A DNA stretch of 64,000 bases from an uncultured Planctomycetales bacterium (GCA_964603585.1 CAZRVK010000004.1:128438-192437); one strand, 5' to 3'; shown: positions 1 to 10,326, counted from the first letter of the stretch. Notes: a model not told the origin generated them from the sequence alone. Numbers and translations: made by a program.

Positions 1-17
1 ATAAGAGCGAAGAATAA

Positions 18-1118
18 ATGAGACAAGTTTGTAACGCCGTTTCACGCTTGTTAAGATTATATTATAAATGTCATTTTCAGAATTTTGCGCTTGAGGATCT
101 GGTTTTTTTTGTTACAAACCGTTGTAATTTTAAATGTCGAACATGTTTTTATTCAAAGTCCTTAAATAAAAACGGCTTGAGCACCGATGAAGAACTGGAT
201 GTGTCAAAAATCAAGACGATTTCTGCTTCGCTGGGGAACTTTGCGAATTTGTTGATTTCTGGGGGTGAGCCGTTCTTGCGCGATGATCTCCCTGAAATAT
301 GCGGGATTTTTTATTTACAGAATAAGATCAAGAGTATCCATCTTCCGACAAACGGTTTTCTTACGGATCGGATCATCAGAGGTGTAAGTCAAATCCTATA
401 TGAATGCCCTGGAATTAATTTGACCATCGGCATATCGTTAGACGGGTTAAAACAAACACATGATCTGATTAAAGGAGTAGAAGGGAGTTTTGAAAAAGCA
501 ATAGATACCATGAGAAGTTTGGCGGCGCTCAAAGCTAAATCCCGTAACCTTAAGATCAATGTGATTACTGTGGTAAGTAACAGATCAGACCAAAAAGAGA
601 TATTGGCGTTAGCAGAGTTCATTAAAAAAGAGCCTATGATCGATACCTTTGCTCCATCTCCTTTGAGAGGAATACCTTTTGATGAGACCTTGGCGGCTCC
701 CTCCTTTAAGGAGTGGAATGAATTATCCACGAAATTAATGCCTTATTTTGAACACTTCAATAAAAAAAGGCTGGGCCATACCCTTGCGGGTTTTTTCTCA
801 CGTAATTACCAACGGTACATGACGGATATTTATTGCCGTGTTTTAAGCGGAAAACGGCTGCCCTTTAAATGTCAGGCTGGGGAATTAATCGGCGTCTTGG
901 AATATGACGGCCGGGTCAAATTGTGTGAGCTTGGCGCAGATGTTGGCAATATAGGTGACTATAATTATGATTTCCCCAGCGTTTGGTTTTCCTCTAACGC
1001 CAAAAGAATCAGGGAAAAGGTTAGAAATTGTGCGTGCACCCATGCCTGTTTCTTATCTCCAAGCATAAAAGTGAAACCAGCCTCCGTGTTCCGGGCTTAT
1101 TTTTCAGGCAAATCATGA
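18..1118 (+). CDS. Radical SAM protein with C-terminal SPASM/twitch-like Cys cluster
   Basis: CNFKCRTCFY (Cx3Cx2C) near the N-terminus. GGEPFLRDDL glycine-rich SAM motif. The C-terminal region has 5 Cys (FKCQAG, KLCELG, NCACTHAC). Stop overlaps the downstream GT2 start (ATGA). Confidence 0.7.
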   Translation: MRQVCNAVSRLLRLYYKCHFQNFALEDLVFFVTNRCNFKCRTCFYSKSLNKNGLSTDEELDVSKIKTISASLGNFANLLISGGEPFLRDDLPEICGIFYLQNKIKSIHLPTNGFLTDRIIRGVSQILYECPGINLTIGISLDGLKQTHDLIKGVEGSFEKAIDTMRSLAALKAKSRNLKINVITVVSNRSDQKEILALAEFIKKEPMIDTFAPSPLRGIPFDETLAAPSFKEWNELSTKLMPYFEHFNKKRLGHTLAGFFSRNYQRYMTDIYCRVLSGKRLPFKCQAGELIGVLEYDGRVKLCELGADVGNIGDYNYDFPSVWFSSNAKRIREKVRNCACTHACFLSPSIKVKPASVFRAYFSGKS

Positions 1119-1975
1119 AAATCAGCGTTGTCCTGGTGGTAAAAAACGAGTCGAAATATATAAAAATGTGCCTGGAGTCTGTTTTACGGCAAAGCCGGCA
1201 GGATTTCGAGGTGGTCGTGATCGATAATGGATCTACCGATGGGACCTGGGAGATCATTAGATCCATAGAAAGCAGTAAGATCAGGAGTTTCCGCCAATCT
1301 TCACCGTGCGGGATTGCCGTATTAAGAAACCTTGGGATCAAGGAATCAATTGGCGAATATGTTTTCTTTACCGATGGAGATTGCCGGGTTAATAGGTACT
1401 GGCTGGAAGCAGGGATGGCAGCCTTTAACGAAGGTAAATTTTCCGTAGTCGAGGGCACAACATTCTATTCTTCACAGAAAAAAGTGACGATTTCCGACTA
1501 TGATATGCATCAGTTTGAAAACTGGCAATTCTTGACTTGCAATATTGCCTATGCTCGAAAGGTATTACTTGATTTGAATTGTTTTGATCCTCGTTTCAGG
1601 TATGGGCATGAAGACAGGGACCTTGGCCTTCGTGCAAGCAAATTGCATTCGATTTGCTTCTGTCCTGATATGGTAGTCAGTCATCAAAAAAAGAGATTGA
1701 CTGTCTCGGATCTCTTCCAGAAAACCAAGAGGGTGGAGGATAAGGTTTATTTAATCAAAAAACACGGAAAGAACTCCTGCAGCCGGCAAGTGTATAAATT
1801 TATTCTTTATCCAGAGCACTTGGCGATTATTTTGTTTCCGCCTTTGGTTTTTGTTGCCTTTAGCTGTACATCATTTTATGATTTGTATTTTGCATTTTTT
1901 AAGTATTTTTCTCTTATCTATCTACGGCTGCGGATATGGAAGGCGGCTTTTAACAATCGAATCATGGTTATGTAG
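1115..1975 (+). CDS. Glycosyltransferase family 2
   Basis: ISVVLVVKNESKYIKMCLESVLRQSRQDFEVVVIDNGSTDGT is a GT2 signature with a DxD-like region. ATG at 1115 overlaps the upstream stop. Hydrophobic C-terminal helix. Confidence 0.8.
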   Translation: MKISVVLVVKNESKYIKMCLESVLRQSRQDFEVVVIDNGSTDGTWEIIRSIESSKIRSFRQSSPCGIAVLRNLGIKESIGEYVFFTDGDCRVNRYWLEAGMAAFNEGKFSVVEGTTFYSSQKKVTISDYDMHQFENWQFLTCNIAYARKVLLDLNCFDPRFRYGHEDRDLGLRASKLHSICFCPDMVVSHQKKRLTVSDLFQKTKRVEDKVYLIKKHGKNSCSRQVYKFILYPEHLAIILFPPLVFVAFSCTSFYDLYFAFFKYFSLIYLRLRIWKAAFNNRIMVM

Positions 1976-1991
1976 AAAAGGTGGTCTTTCA

Positions 1992-3470
1992 ATGCGATTA
2001 TCGCTATTATTAAGTTTTCTAAGCGTTTTAGTTGTTGCCGGATGTGCTCCTTTAAACAGTGATTTTCGCCATTTTAAGGCACGGGAAACTAATCTTAAGT
2101 CAGAGATTAAGAAACAGCGCGCGATAATCGATAAACTTAACGGCAATGTTTGTGCATCGCTTTATCAGCGCGCCGGCAAGGAATCATTGAAAATAGTCTG
2201 GTATCTTTTTTTACTGGCAGTGATCAGTGTTTTTCAGAAACAGACCCGTTGTTTTTCTAATTGGAATACCTTAACTGTTTTTTTATCCCTCTTGATCATC
2301 CAGCATAGTCTCTATGCCCCTTTTTGCTTGGAGACATTGTTTTTAAGGCTGAATTTAGAAGTTTCCCCAAAAACCACAATAGCTTTCTTCTTAAATCAGA
2401 TATTGATGTATATTTTTATCCTTGCCGGGGTAGTCTTTATAAACCGCCGCTATGCTTTTTCGGCCGGGGATACTAAAGCAAGAATGGAAATTACCGGGGC
2501 CCCGGGCTGTAATAACCGGGTATTTTTTCTTTTGTGTGTTTTCCTTGTCCTTACGACTCTTTTTAAGGTAGTAAGCGGTGCTCCAGAATTAAGTCTTAAA
2601 CATTTTGTCTTTCGCAATATCGCTCCGCTTGATTATCAAAACGCACGGCTGGTTTTTAATCAGGCGACTGCATCATCTAAATCGGTATTTTTCTATATCG
2701 CAAATGTTTCAATCTATGGGATATTCCCTTTATTGATTTTTTTGGGTTTTTTCTTGAAAGAAAAGTTGATCTTTCGGCTGATTTTTTCTTTTTTACTGTT
2801 TATTTACATCGCCTCCGGACTTGTTTCGGGACAAAAGGCCCCGGTTATCTATATTTTATGCGGGCTGTTGATCTGTTATCTGTTGAGAAACAATAAATTT
2901 GCGTTAAAGATCCCTTATTTCCGGTTATTTTTATTGGCTGGGCCGGTGCTCTTCCTGGTCGTGCCTTATTTATATAGCGTGCAATATTCCCATTTGAACT
3001 ATTTTTCAGCGTTAGTGGGGATGTGGGATCGTATAGCGTTGTTCCCTAATTTAGTCCTGATTCCGTATTTCCATACTTATCCTGATATTCATCCGCATCT
3101 TCTGGGTTTAAGCATGGAAAAAATCTCAATTTTCTTCAGCTGGTTTGGTTTTGATAAGGCCATAGCGCCTTACAAATATGTTTTTTCAAGCTTAATCCCG
3201 GATATGACAGCTAATGTTGTTTTTATTGGAGATGCCTGGGCAGATTTTTCCTATTTGGGTACAATCGTGGAATCATTTTTCGTTGGCTGCCTTTTACAAT
3301 GGTATAATATCTGGTTTTCTCGTGCAAAAAAGACCTTTCTGGTGTTAGCCACTTATGTGGCGATTATAATGAGCGCCTCTACCCTGGCCAGTGTGGGACT
3401 GGGGACGGCGTTAGTGACTTGCGGGGTAGGATTGATATTTATTGTTTACCTTTTGCTTAAAAATCGATGA
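1992..3470 (+). CDS. Polytopic membrane protein, Wzy-like polysaccharide polymerase/O-antigen ligase family candidate, with lipoprotein-like N-terminus
   Basis: GGTGG ribosome-binding site (RBS) 8 nt upstream of the ATG at 1992. N-terminal MRLSLLLSFLSVLVVAGC (signal plus lipobox-like). At least 10 hydrophobic helices. Position between GTs and flippase. Confidence 0.55.
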   Translation: MRLSLLLSFLSVLVVAGCAPLNSDFRHFKARETNLKSEIKKQRAIIDKLNGNVCASLYQRAGKESLKIVWYLFLLAVISVFQKQTRCFSNWNTLTVFLSLLIIQHSLYAPFCLETLFLRLNLEVSPKTTIAFFLNQILMYIFILAGVVFINRRYAFSAGDTKARMEITGAPGCNNRVFFLLCVFLVLTTLFKVVSGAPELSLKHFVFRNIAPLDYQNARLVFNQATASSKSVFFYIANVSIYGIFPLLIFLGFFLKEKLIFRLIFSFLLFIYIASGLVSGQKAPVIYILCGLLICYLLRNNKFALKIPYFRLFLLAGPVLFLVVPYLYSVQYSHLNYFSALVGMWDRIALFPNLVLIPYFHTYPDIHPHLLGLSMEKISIFFSWFGFDKAIAPYKYVFSSLIPDMTANVVFIGDAWADFSYLGTIVESFFVGCLLQWYNIWFSRAKKTFLVLATYVAIIMSASTLASVGLGTALVTCGVGLIFIVYLLLKNR

Positions 3471-4639
3471 AGATCGTGCATTTAATAAATTATTTTCAGC
3501 CTAAATTAGGCTATCAGGAAACCTTTTTGGCTAAAGAACAAATTCGCCTTGGCCATGATGTCAGTGTTATTACTTCCGATAAATACCGGCCTTTTCCGGA
3601 TTTTAAGAAAACCCATTCTGTTTTATTGGGAAAGCGTTATGTGGGATGCGGATTTCGCATCGAGGATGGGATACCGGTTTACCGGCTAAAAAGCATCTTA
3701 GAACTTAAATTCCGGATTTGGGTTCTTGGTTTGGAGCGTATAATTACCCGCTTGCAACCGGACTTGATCATTGCACATGGATTATTAAGTTATTCATTTC
3801 AGTTAGCGAAATTAAGGTCGAAGGGAGCAAAGTTCAAACTTATTATTGATGAGCATATAATTGCACAAAAGATACGGGCTGATTTCCTTGGTCGTATTTT
3901 TTATACGTTAAGAAAAGAAAATATAAAAACCCGTCTTCTTCCCTGGGTGGATAAGTTTGTTGGAGTGACCGAAGAATCATGTATGTTCTTAACCGGGTTG
4001 CAGGGGATCCCCAATGAAAGTGTTGTTCACATCCCTCTGGGCAGTGATGGGATTCTATTCCGGTTTGATGGAGTAACGCGTGAGTCTGTACGAAGAAAAT
4101 TGGGGATTGCTCCGGATCAAATCCTTCTGCTTTATACTGGTAAAATCAGCGAGGATAAAGGTCTAAAGGTATTATTCCGGGCCTTCAATTCTTTAAATAC
4201 TCGCCAAAAGGTTTTTCTTGCCGTAGTCGGAGGAGGTACAGACGAGTTTAAAAAGGAATTAACCGGGCTCTTATGCGCAGAAAAACGAAAAGATGTTATC
4301 TTTCAGGATATGGTATCTAACTTAGAATTGCCGGGATTCTATTCTGCTTCGGATATTTGTATCTGGCCAGAAACGGTTTCTATCAGCATCTTAGATGCTT
4401 TTGCCTGTTCCCGGGCAGTGATCGCCAGTGATATTGCGCCGGTCAAGGAACGATTTACAAATGAAAACGGGCTTCTATACCGTGCCGGTGATCACAATGA
4501 CCTGGCGGAAAAGATCGTTTACCTGGCAGAAAATGATTTTTTCCGGTCCGTACTTGGTTCAAACGCCCGTGACTTAGTGGATAAGCAGTTCTCCTGGGAA
4601 ATAATAAATGAAAGGTTTATGAAAAGTGCCGGTTTCTAA
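3467..4639 (+). CDS. Glycosyltransferase family 4 (GT-B)
   Basis: MKIVHLINYFQP start. The C-terminal GT4 nucleotide-sugar binding region reads GKISEDKGLKVLFRAF...VVGGG. Start overlaps the upstream stop. Confidence 0.8.
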   Translation: MKIVHLINYFQPKLGYQETFLAKEQIRLGHDVSVITSDKYRPFPDFKKTHSVLLGKRYVGCGFRIEDGIPVYRLKSILELKFRIWVLGLERIITRLQPDLIIAHGLLSYSFQLAKLRSKGAKFKLIIDEHIIAQKIRADFLGRIFYTLRKENIKTRLLPWVDKFVGVTEESCMFLTGLQGIPNESVVHIPLGSDGILFRFDGVTRESVRRKLGIAPDQILLLYTGKISEDKGLKVLFRAFNSLNTRQKVFLAVVGGGTDEFKKELTGLLCAEKRKDVIFQDMVSNLELPGFYSASDICIWPETVSISILDAFACSRAVIASDIAPVKERFTNENGLLYRAGDHNDLAEKIVYLAENDFFRSVLGSNARDLVDKQFSWEIINERFMKSAGF

Positions 4640-5822
4640 TATGAAAGTCCTGTGTTTTACTCCTTGGTATAAGCCCGCCTGGGTATATGGAGGGCCTCCT
4701 TTTTGTATCTCCCAGATCTGCGAGAAAATGAAACAAAAGGGGGTAGATATTACGGTGTATACGACAAATGCTTTCGGAAAGGCTGATCTGGATGTCAGTA
4801 CGGATAGGATAGTTGAAGTCAGCGGCGTTCCGGTCAGATATTTTAAACGGATACAAACTCCCTGGGGGATCGATTCATTGGATTTGCGCACGCAAATAAA
4901 CCGGGATATCAGGGAATTTGATCTGGTCCATGTATCTTCAGTTTGGCTTGCGCTTACTTCTGCCGTATGTGAAGCTGCAGTAAAGAACGCCCGGCCATAT
5001 GTATTTTCCCTGCATGGGGCTCTTAATCCTGCTTTTTGGCGCGCCCGTAGGATTAAACACCGGATTTTCTGGGGTTTATTGCAGCGACATTACCTTAAGA
5101 AAGCTGCGGTCATTCATTGTGTCAGCCAGAAGGAAAAAGATGACCTTGCAGGGTTTGGCAAGGCTTTAGCGGACACAAGGGTGGTCATCCCTAACCCAAT
5201 TAATACTTCTGACTTTGTTAAGGATCCTGCGCTTGCTGACCGGTTTCGGCGGCATTTGAACATTGCAAGCGACAAGAAACTAATCCTTTTTCTAGGAAGG
5301 GTTTCTCCCACTAAAGGCCTGGATCTATTCCTTAAATCTTGCGGGCCGGTTTTAAAGGAAAGTCCAAATTGGCTGTTTTGCATTATCGGCCCGGATGAAT
5401 CAGGATATAAAAAACATCTGGAGATGATGGTAAAATCCCTGGGGCTGACAGATAAGGTTTTATTCAATGATTATATTTCCGGGGATTTGAAGATTGGATC
5501 TTATAGTGCATCAGAACTGTTTGTTTTGACCAGTTATTTTGATGCCTGCAGTATGAGTGTGCTTGAGGCCATGGCAATGGGGGTCCCGGTTATTATTTCC
5601 GCAGAGGTTGGGAATGCCCGTGAGGTTGGTATGGATAATGCCGGCAGGGTTGTACCGTTAAGTATTAATGCCGTCCGGCAGGCTCTTCGTGAGTTAATGA
5701 AAGACCCATTACTGCGGAAAGAATACAGCGCGGCAGGGCTAAGGTGTGTTAAATCCAGATATGATATCGATGGTATTTATCAAGGGATGCTAAAGGTATA
5801 TGAAGATTGCCTGGCTAAATAA
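4626..5822 (+). CDS. Glycosyltransferase family 4
   Basis: MKVLCFTPWYKPAWVYGGP is a typical GT4 N-terminus. GTG 4626 has an AAAGG RBS; the alternative ATG 4641 has none. C-terminal region EAMAMGVPVI. Confidence 0.8.
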   Translation: MPVSNMKVLCFTPWYKPAWVYGGPPFCISQICEKMKQKGVDITVYTTNAFGKADLDVSTDRIVEVSGVPVRYFKRIQTPWGIDSLDLRTQINRDIREFDLVHVSSVWLALTSAVCEAAVKNARPYVFSLHGALNPAFWRARRIKHRIFWGLLQRHYLKKAAVIHCVSQKEKDDLAGFGKALADTRVVIPNPINTSDFVKDPALADRFRRHLNIASDKKLILFLGRVSPTKGLDLFLKSCGPVLKESPNWLFCIIGPDESGYKKHLEMMVKSLGLTDKVLFNDYISGDLKIGSYSASELFVLTSYFDACSMSVLEAMAMGVPVIISAEVGNAREVGMDNAGRVVPLSINAVRQALRELMKDPLLRKEYSAAGLRCVKSRYDIDGIYQGMLKVYEDCLAK

Positions 5823-7338
5823 CCGGACCATTAGTTATATCAAGGCGTTGGGTTCAGGATATACGATGTTCATTTTAAACATCGCTGCATCGCTTGTTGC
5901 GATACCTTTCTTTTTGAGGTATCTTGGGGTTGAGATCTATGGGGTTTGGTCGATCATGGTCCAATTGATTTATATTGTTTCCTCTGCGACATTCTGGATT
6001 TCCGTACCGGTTACCCATCAAGCCGCAGTAGCGCATACTGGCATGAATAAAAGCCAGGCCAAAGAATTGTTCCAGACCGTATTTTGGTATTACTCTTTCC
6101 TTGGGGCGGCAGGAATTCTTATCGCGGCCATTTCCGGCAGGGTTTTTACTGCTTTTTTTAAGGTTAATTGCCTGTCTCAAGCAGACGTAAATGTCTGCCT
6201 TATTCTGCTTTCATTGTATATGTGCATTATTATGCAGCAAAACCTTTTAGAAAGCTTTTTCATTGGTTCGCATAGAATGCATCTATCCAATATATTCTTT
6301 GGCGCAGTTCCTTTATTGGCAACCTTAACCGGGGTTATCATGCTTTTAAACGGGTTTGGTATCACCGGTCTTGCCTTTGGGCATTTGGCAAGCGCTGGGC
6401 TGATATATAGCGTAACCTTGTATTTACTTTCCAGGAAACAAGACCTTGGGTGGAGATGGGGGAATTTTAAATTGAAATTGTTGATAAGATTGTTAAGTTC
6501 CGGCCTGACCTATTTGGGGTATGATATCTCCTACCAGATAATATCTTCTGACGTATTGCTCATTGGCTGCCTCCTGGGCCCAAAGGCAGCGGCTGTATAT
6601 GCAGTGGCGTATAAGATCGTATACTATTTCAATCAGGTGATTTTCAGAATATCAAAAAGCCTTTTACCGATCATTGCCGAATTGGATATCCTTGGGGATA
6701 CCCGTGGATTATTCAGGTTGGGACGTTTAAGCAGTAAAATCAGCCTGGCGTGCGCGTTTTCTTTTGCAATCAGCCTTTGTGTTTATGGATATCCGGCGCT
6801 TATTATATGGGTGGGGCAAGTAAACGCGGTTCCTGCTAAAGTGTTGTTTTTCCTTAGCCTGACAACTGTTCTGCAAGCCTGGATTTATCCGCATATGATG
6901 CTGCTGTACTCGACTAACAATATGAAATCAGTGGCCGGGATTTTTATTATTGAGGCGATCAGCAAGGTTTTTCTTGCTTTGGCGTTTTTGCCCGGATTAG
7001 GCCTGATGGGAGCAGCTTTGGCTACGATTATCAGCCAGGTTTTATTGACCTTTTGGTATGTACCTTCAGCCGCTTCAATGATCACCGGCGACCGGTTCTG
7101 GATAAGTTTTCGCGCTGGTTTATCGTCAACATTCAAACCTGCGATGTTAAGCGTTATTTTGGGAGGGGGGCTGTTTTTTCTGTTAAAGTCACCGTATGCC
7201 AGGGTTTTCATCGGTATTCCTGCTATGGTGATAACTTATCTTATAATTTTTATTCGATACGGGTTGTCCTCACAGGAGCGTTCCTGGATAGGCAAGAAGT
7301 TAGAGGCTGGGATACACTCGGCATTTTCCACTTTTTAA
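5800..7338 (+). CDS. Wzx-like oligosaccharide flippase (MOP superfamily)
   Basis: About 12-14 TM helices in the usual polysaccharide biosynthesis protein topology. Start is ambiguous between 5800 and 5866. Confidence 0.7.
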   Translation: MKIAWLNNRTISYIKALGSGYTMFILNIAASLVAIPFFLRYLGVEIYGVWSIMVQLIYIVSSATFWISVPVTHQAAVAHTGMNKSQAKELFQTVFWYYSFLGAAGILIAAISGRVFTAFFKVNCLSQADVNVCLILLSLYMCIIMQQNLLESFFIGSHRMHLSNIFFGAVPLLATLTGVIMLLNGFGITGLAFGHLASAGLIYSVTLYLLSRKQDLGWRWGNFKLKLLIRLLSSGLTYLGYDISYQIISSDVLLIGCLLGPKAAAVYAVAYKIVYYFNQVIFRISKSLLPIIAELDILGDTRGLFRLGRLSSKISLACAFSFAISLCVYGYPALIIWVGQVNAVPAKVLFFLSLTTVLQAWIYPHMMLLYSTNNMKSVAGIFIIEAISKVFLALAFLPGLGLMGAALATIISQVLLTFWYVPSAASMITGDRFWISFRAGLSSTFKPAMLSVILGGGLFFLLKSPYARVFIGIPAMVITYLIIFIRYGLSSQERSWIGKKLEAGIHSAFSTF

Positions 7339-7351
7339 GGCGCTCATACAT

Positions 7352-8149
7352 ATGAATGATGCAACGTTATCTAAAATGAATACAGAATTGCCCAAAATAA
7401 CTATCATTACTGTTGTCCGTAATAACCGGCATTTTGTGGAAGAGGCGGTTAAAAGTGTCCTTTCCCAGGAGTATTCAAATCTCGAATATATAGTAATAGA
7501 TGGAGGTTCAAATGATGGAACAAAGGAAACGTTAATGAAATATTCAAAACGCATCAGCAAAATCATATCTGAACCTGATAACGGCATTTATGATGCGATG
7601 AATAAAGGGATCAGATATGCGACCGGAGAGATCATCGGATTGCTGAATTCGGACGACTTATATGCTGACAGCACAGTTCTGCAGACCGTGGCGAGAATCA
7701 TGCAGGGAACCCGGGCGGATTCCTGTTACGGCGACTTGCTTTATGTTGGGCGCAATAATCCTGATAAAGTTTACCGCTACTGGAAATCATGTCCTTATAA
7801 GGATAATTTATTTGAGAAAGGTTGGATGGTGGCGCATCCTACTTTTTTTGTTAAAAAATGGGTGTATGAGAAATATGGGGTTTTTGATCTTACCTTGGGG
7901 ATCGTTGCCGATTATGAGGTTGCGTTCCGGTTCATTCACGAATACAGGATCAAGGCTTGTTATATTCCGAAGGTCTTGATAAAAATGCGATGGGGAGGAG
8001 CATCTAACCGCAGTATCGGCAATTATATTCGTCAAAACCTGATGATCTTAAAGATCTTGAAAAAAAATAAAGCCAGGGTCTCGTTTTTATTCGTTTTTTA
8101 TAAGATAGCGGAAAAAATAAAGCAGTTCATCAGAAAATACCAAACATGA
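7352..8149 (+). CDS. Glycosyltransferase family 2
   Basis: ITIITVVRNNRHFVEEAVKSVLSQEYSNLEYIVIDGGSNDGT...DDLY. Confidence 0.8.
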   Translation: MNDATLSKMNTELPKITIITVVRNNRHFVEEAVKSVLSQEYSNLEYIVIDGGSNDGTKETLMKYSKRISKIISEPDNGIYDAMNKGIRYATGEIIGLLNSDDLYADSTVLQTVARIMQGTRADSCYGDLLYVGRNNPDKVYRYWKSCPYKDNLFEKGWMVAHPTFFVKKWVYEKYGVFDLTLGIVADYEVAFRFIHEYRIKACYIPKVLIKMRWGGASNRSIGNYIRQNLMILKILKKNKARVSFLFVFYKIAEKIKQFIRKYQT

Positions 8150-8928
8150 GCAAGCTTGTTTTCAAACTTCGCCAGCAGATAAATTTTAAGGGCCATACCA
8201 TTCCTTATGATGAGGAGTATTTTTCCGAATTTTGCCAATTCGATCATCAGGTGATCAGAAAAGACTCCGGGTTCTGGCTGATAGCCAAAGAATTCTTCTG
8301 GCCGCTTGTTGCGGCCCGTGATTATTTATTTATCGACGGATTTATCGAACAGGGGATCGGTAGGTTAATTAAGGATCACATCAATCCTAAAACCGTTTTC
8401 CTGGAAATCGGATGTGGAAATATGAATATGCGAAGATTCCTTCCTAAAGGCATCTGTTATAATGCCATGGATGTTTCATTTGCGCAATATCATTTAGAAC
8501 GGGTTTTGCACCATCCCAAGATGGTTAACCTGGCCGCAGGATCAGTAACCAATATCCCTTTAGATAAAGACAGCGTATCGATGGTTGTCGCCATGGAGGT
8601 GTTGCAGTTGATCCCGGATATTAATCGCGCACTGAATGAGATAAAAAGGGTTTTATCCCCGAATGGGATATTACTTGTTTCATTGCCGAACGCTTTCTGT
8701 TACAAATACCAGAAGAAAGGCCGGCCGCAAAATTTGTATTTTAGAAAAAGCTTCCAAGAGGCAAAAGACTGCTTTATCAGTCAGGGGTTTAAATATCTCA
8801 AAGGATATATGCAGGGATTTTGGCTGCCGTTGCCTTTAACGCTGGTTAAAAATAGTTATCAACTGCCTTTTTCTGTAAAAAATGAGGTATATAACACTAA
8901 TTTCCTCTTTGCCTTCCAGAAGGATTAA
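8146..8928 (+). CDS. Class I SAM-dependent methyltransferase
   Basis: VFLEIGCGNMNM motif I, and LLVSLPN. Overlaps the upstream stop. Confidence 0.7.
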   Translation: MSKLVFKLRQQINFKGHTIPYDEEYFSEFCQFDHQVIRKDSGFWLIAKEFFWPLVAARDYLFIDGFIEQGIGRLIKDHINPKTVFLEIGCGNMNMRRFLPKGICYNAMDVSFAQYHLERVLHHPKMVNLAAGSVTNIPLDKDSVSMVVAMEVLQLIPDINRALNEIKRVLSPNGILLVSLPNAFCYKYQKKGRPQNLYFRKSFQEAKDCFISQGFKYLKGYMQGFWLPLPLTLVKNSYQLPFSVKNEVYNTNFLFAFQKD

Positions 8929-8930
8929 AA

Positions 8931-9692
8931 ATGGGGCCGAATAAAGGTTTTAATAAATGCCTTGTCACTACAAGCTGGGATGATGGTTTCCCACTTGATT
9001 CGCGTATCGCTGATTTATTGTTAAAGTATAATTTAAAAGGCACATTTTATATCCCTTTGGCTAATGCTGAACATGAGCTTATGGATAAAGAAACCATAAA
9101 ACGGGTCGCTCGGGAATTTGAGATTGGCGGACATACTCTTAACCATAAGGATTTGTCTAAAATCACTTTAGCGGAGGCGAAAAACGAAATAATATCCGCA
9201 AAGGCAGAAATGGAGGACCTGATCGGTAAAAAACTGGAAATGTTCTGCTATCCGAAAGGGCATTTTAATCAAGGCATCAAGGATATCGTTAAAGATGCCG
9301 GATTTATCGGAGCAAGGACATGCGAAAGGTTTTACACACAAATCCCCAGGGACCGGTTTAGGATACCTACAACGATCCAGGTGTACCCGCATCCGGTATT
9401 CTCAAATTACCGGCATTTGATCTGCCACGGCAACTTTACAGGTTTAAAGGCATACATGTTTATCAATCCTGCGAAAATGGGGTGGGGCCAATTAGCCGCC
9501 CAATGGTATGATCTTGCTGCGCAGAATGGGGGGATCTGGCATATCTGGGGCCATTCCTGGGAAATCCAGGAGATGAATTTATGGGATGAATTAGAACGGG
9601 TTCTTTCTTTGGTTTCGAATGATCCGACAGCAGAGTATTGCGCTAACAGTAAGATCGTTAAATATGCCATGCATAAGAATAATTGCATATAG
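8931..9692 (+). CDS. Polysaccharide deacetylase family protein
   Basis: TTSWDDGFPLD and GGHTLNHKDL match the NodB-type motifs TFDDG and H-x-x-x-H. Confidence 0.7.
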   Translation: MGPNKGFNKCLVTTSWDDGFPLDSRIADLLLKYNLKGTFYIPLANAEHELMDKETIKRVAREFEIGGHTLNHKDLSKITLAEAKNEIISAKAEMEDLIGKKLEMFCYPKGHFNQGIKDIVKDAGFIGARTCERFYTQIPRDRFRIPTTIQVYPHPVFSNYRHLICHGNFTGLKAYMFINPAKMGWGQLAAQWYDLAAQNGGIWHIWGHSWEIQEMNLWDELERVLSLVSNDPTAEYCANSKIVKYAMHKNNCI

Positions 9693-9758
9693 GTATTTTT
9701 GCATTATAATAGCATTTAGTTATTTTTTTATTGATCAGCATAACTAAACTAAGAAGCC

Positions 9759-10310
9759 ATGAAAAGCTTTTTTATAAAAAGAATATTTGACCTGTTGATT
9801 TCTTTCCTGGGAATAATTATTTTGCTGCCGATCTGGGTGCTGGTAAGTATTTTTATCTATCTTGAAGATGGATTGCCGATTATTTATATCCAATCCAGAA
9901 TGGGCAGATCCGGTAAAATCTTTAAGATATTCAAATTCCGTTCTATGCCGCATACAGCTCAACAGGACAATCCTACTACGAAAATCGGGAGGTTCTTAAG
10001 GTCAACCGGGATAGATGAAACTTTACAGCTGATAAATATATTGAAGAATGAGATGAGCCTTGTCGGTCCCCGTCCGGAACGTTTGGAACTTGTCAGAGGA
10101 TACCAGAAATTAATCCCCGGGTATGACCGGCGGCATTCAATAAAACCCGGGCTTACCGGGATGGCCCAGGTTTATGGTGAACATGATACCCCTCCGGAGC
10201 AGAAACTAAGATACGATATTACTTATATCAATACTCGGACTTTTCTAATGGATATTAAATTACTTTGGCTTTCCCTGAATAAAACCTTTAAAGGCCTTTG
10301 TGATAAATAA
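9759..10310 (+). CDS. Small monotopic phosphoglycosyl transferase (bacterial sugar transferase, PglC/WbaP C-terminal-domain type)
   Basis: N-terminal membrane helix followed by the LVGPRPERLELV signature of the bacterial sugar transferase family. Confidence 0.8.
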   Translation: MKSFFIKRIFDLLISFLGIIILLPIWVLVSIFIYLEDGLPIIYIQSRMGRSGKIFKIFKFRSMPHTAQQDNPTTKIGRFLRSTGIDETLQLINILKNEMSLVGPRPERLELVRGYQKLIPGYDRRHSIKPGLTGMAQVYGEHDTPPEQKLRYDITYINTRTFLMDIKLLWLSLNKTFKGLCDK

Positions 10311-10326
10311 TCAAGCCTAATTGATA

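Noticed and set aside
1851-1991. Longer N-terminal extension of the Wzy-like ORF overlapping the GT2 gene
   Set aside because: It lies wholly inside the preceding GT2 gene and has no RBS. A strong RBS precedes ATG 1992.
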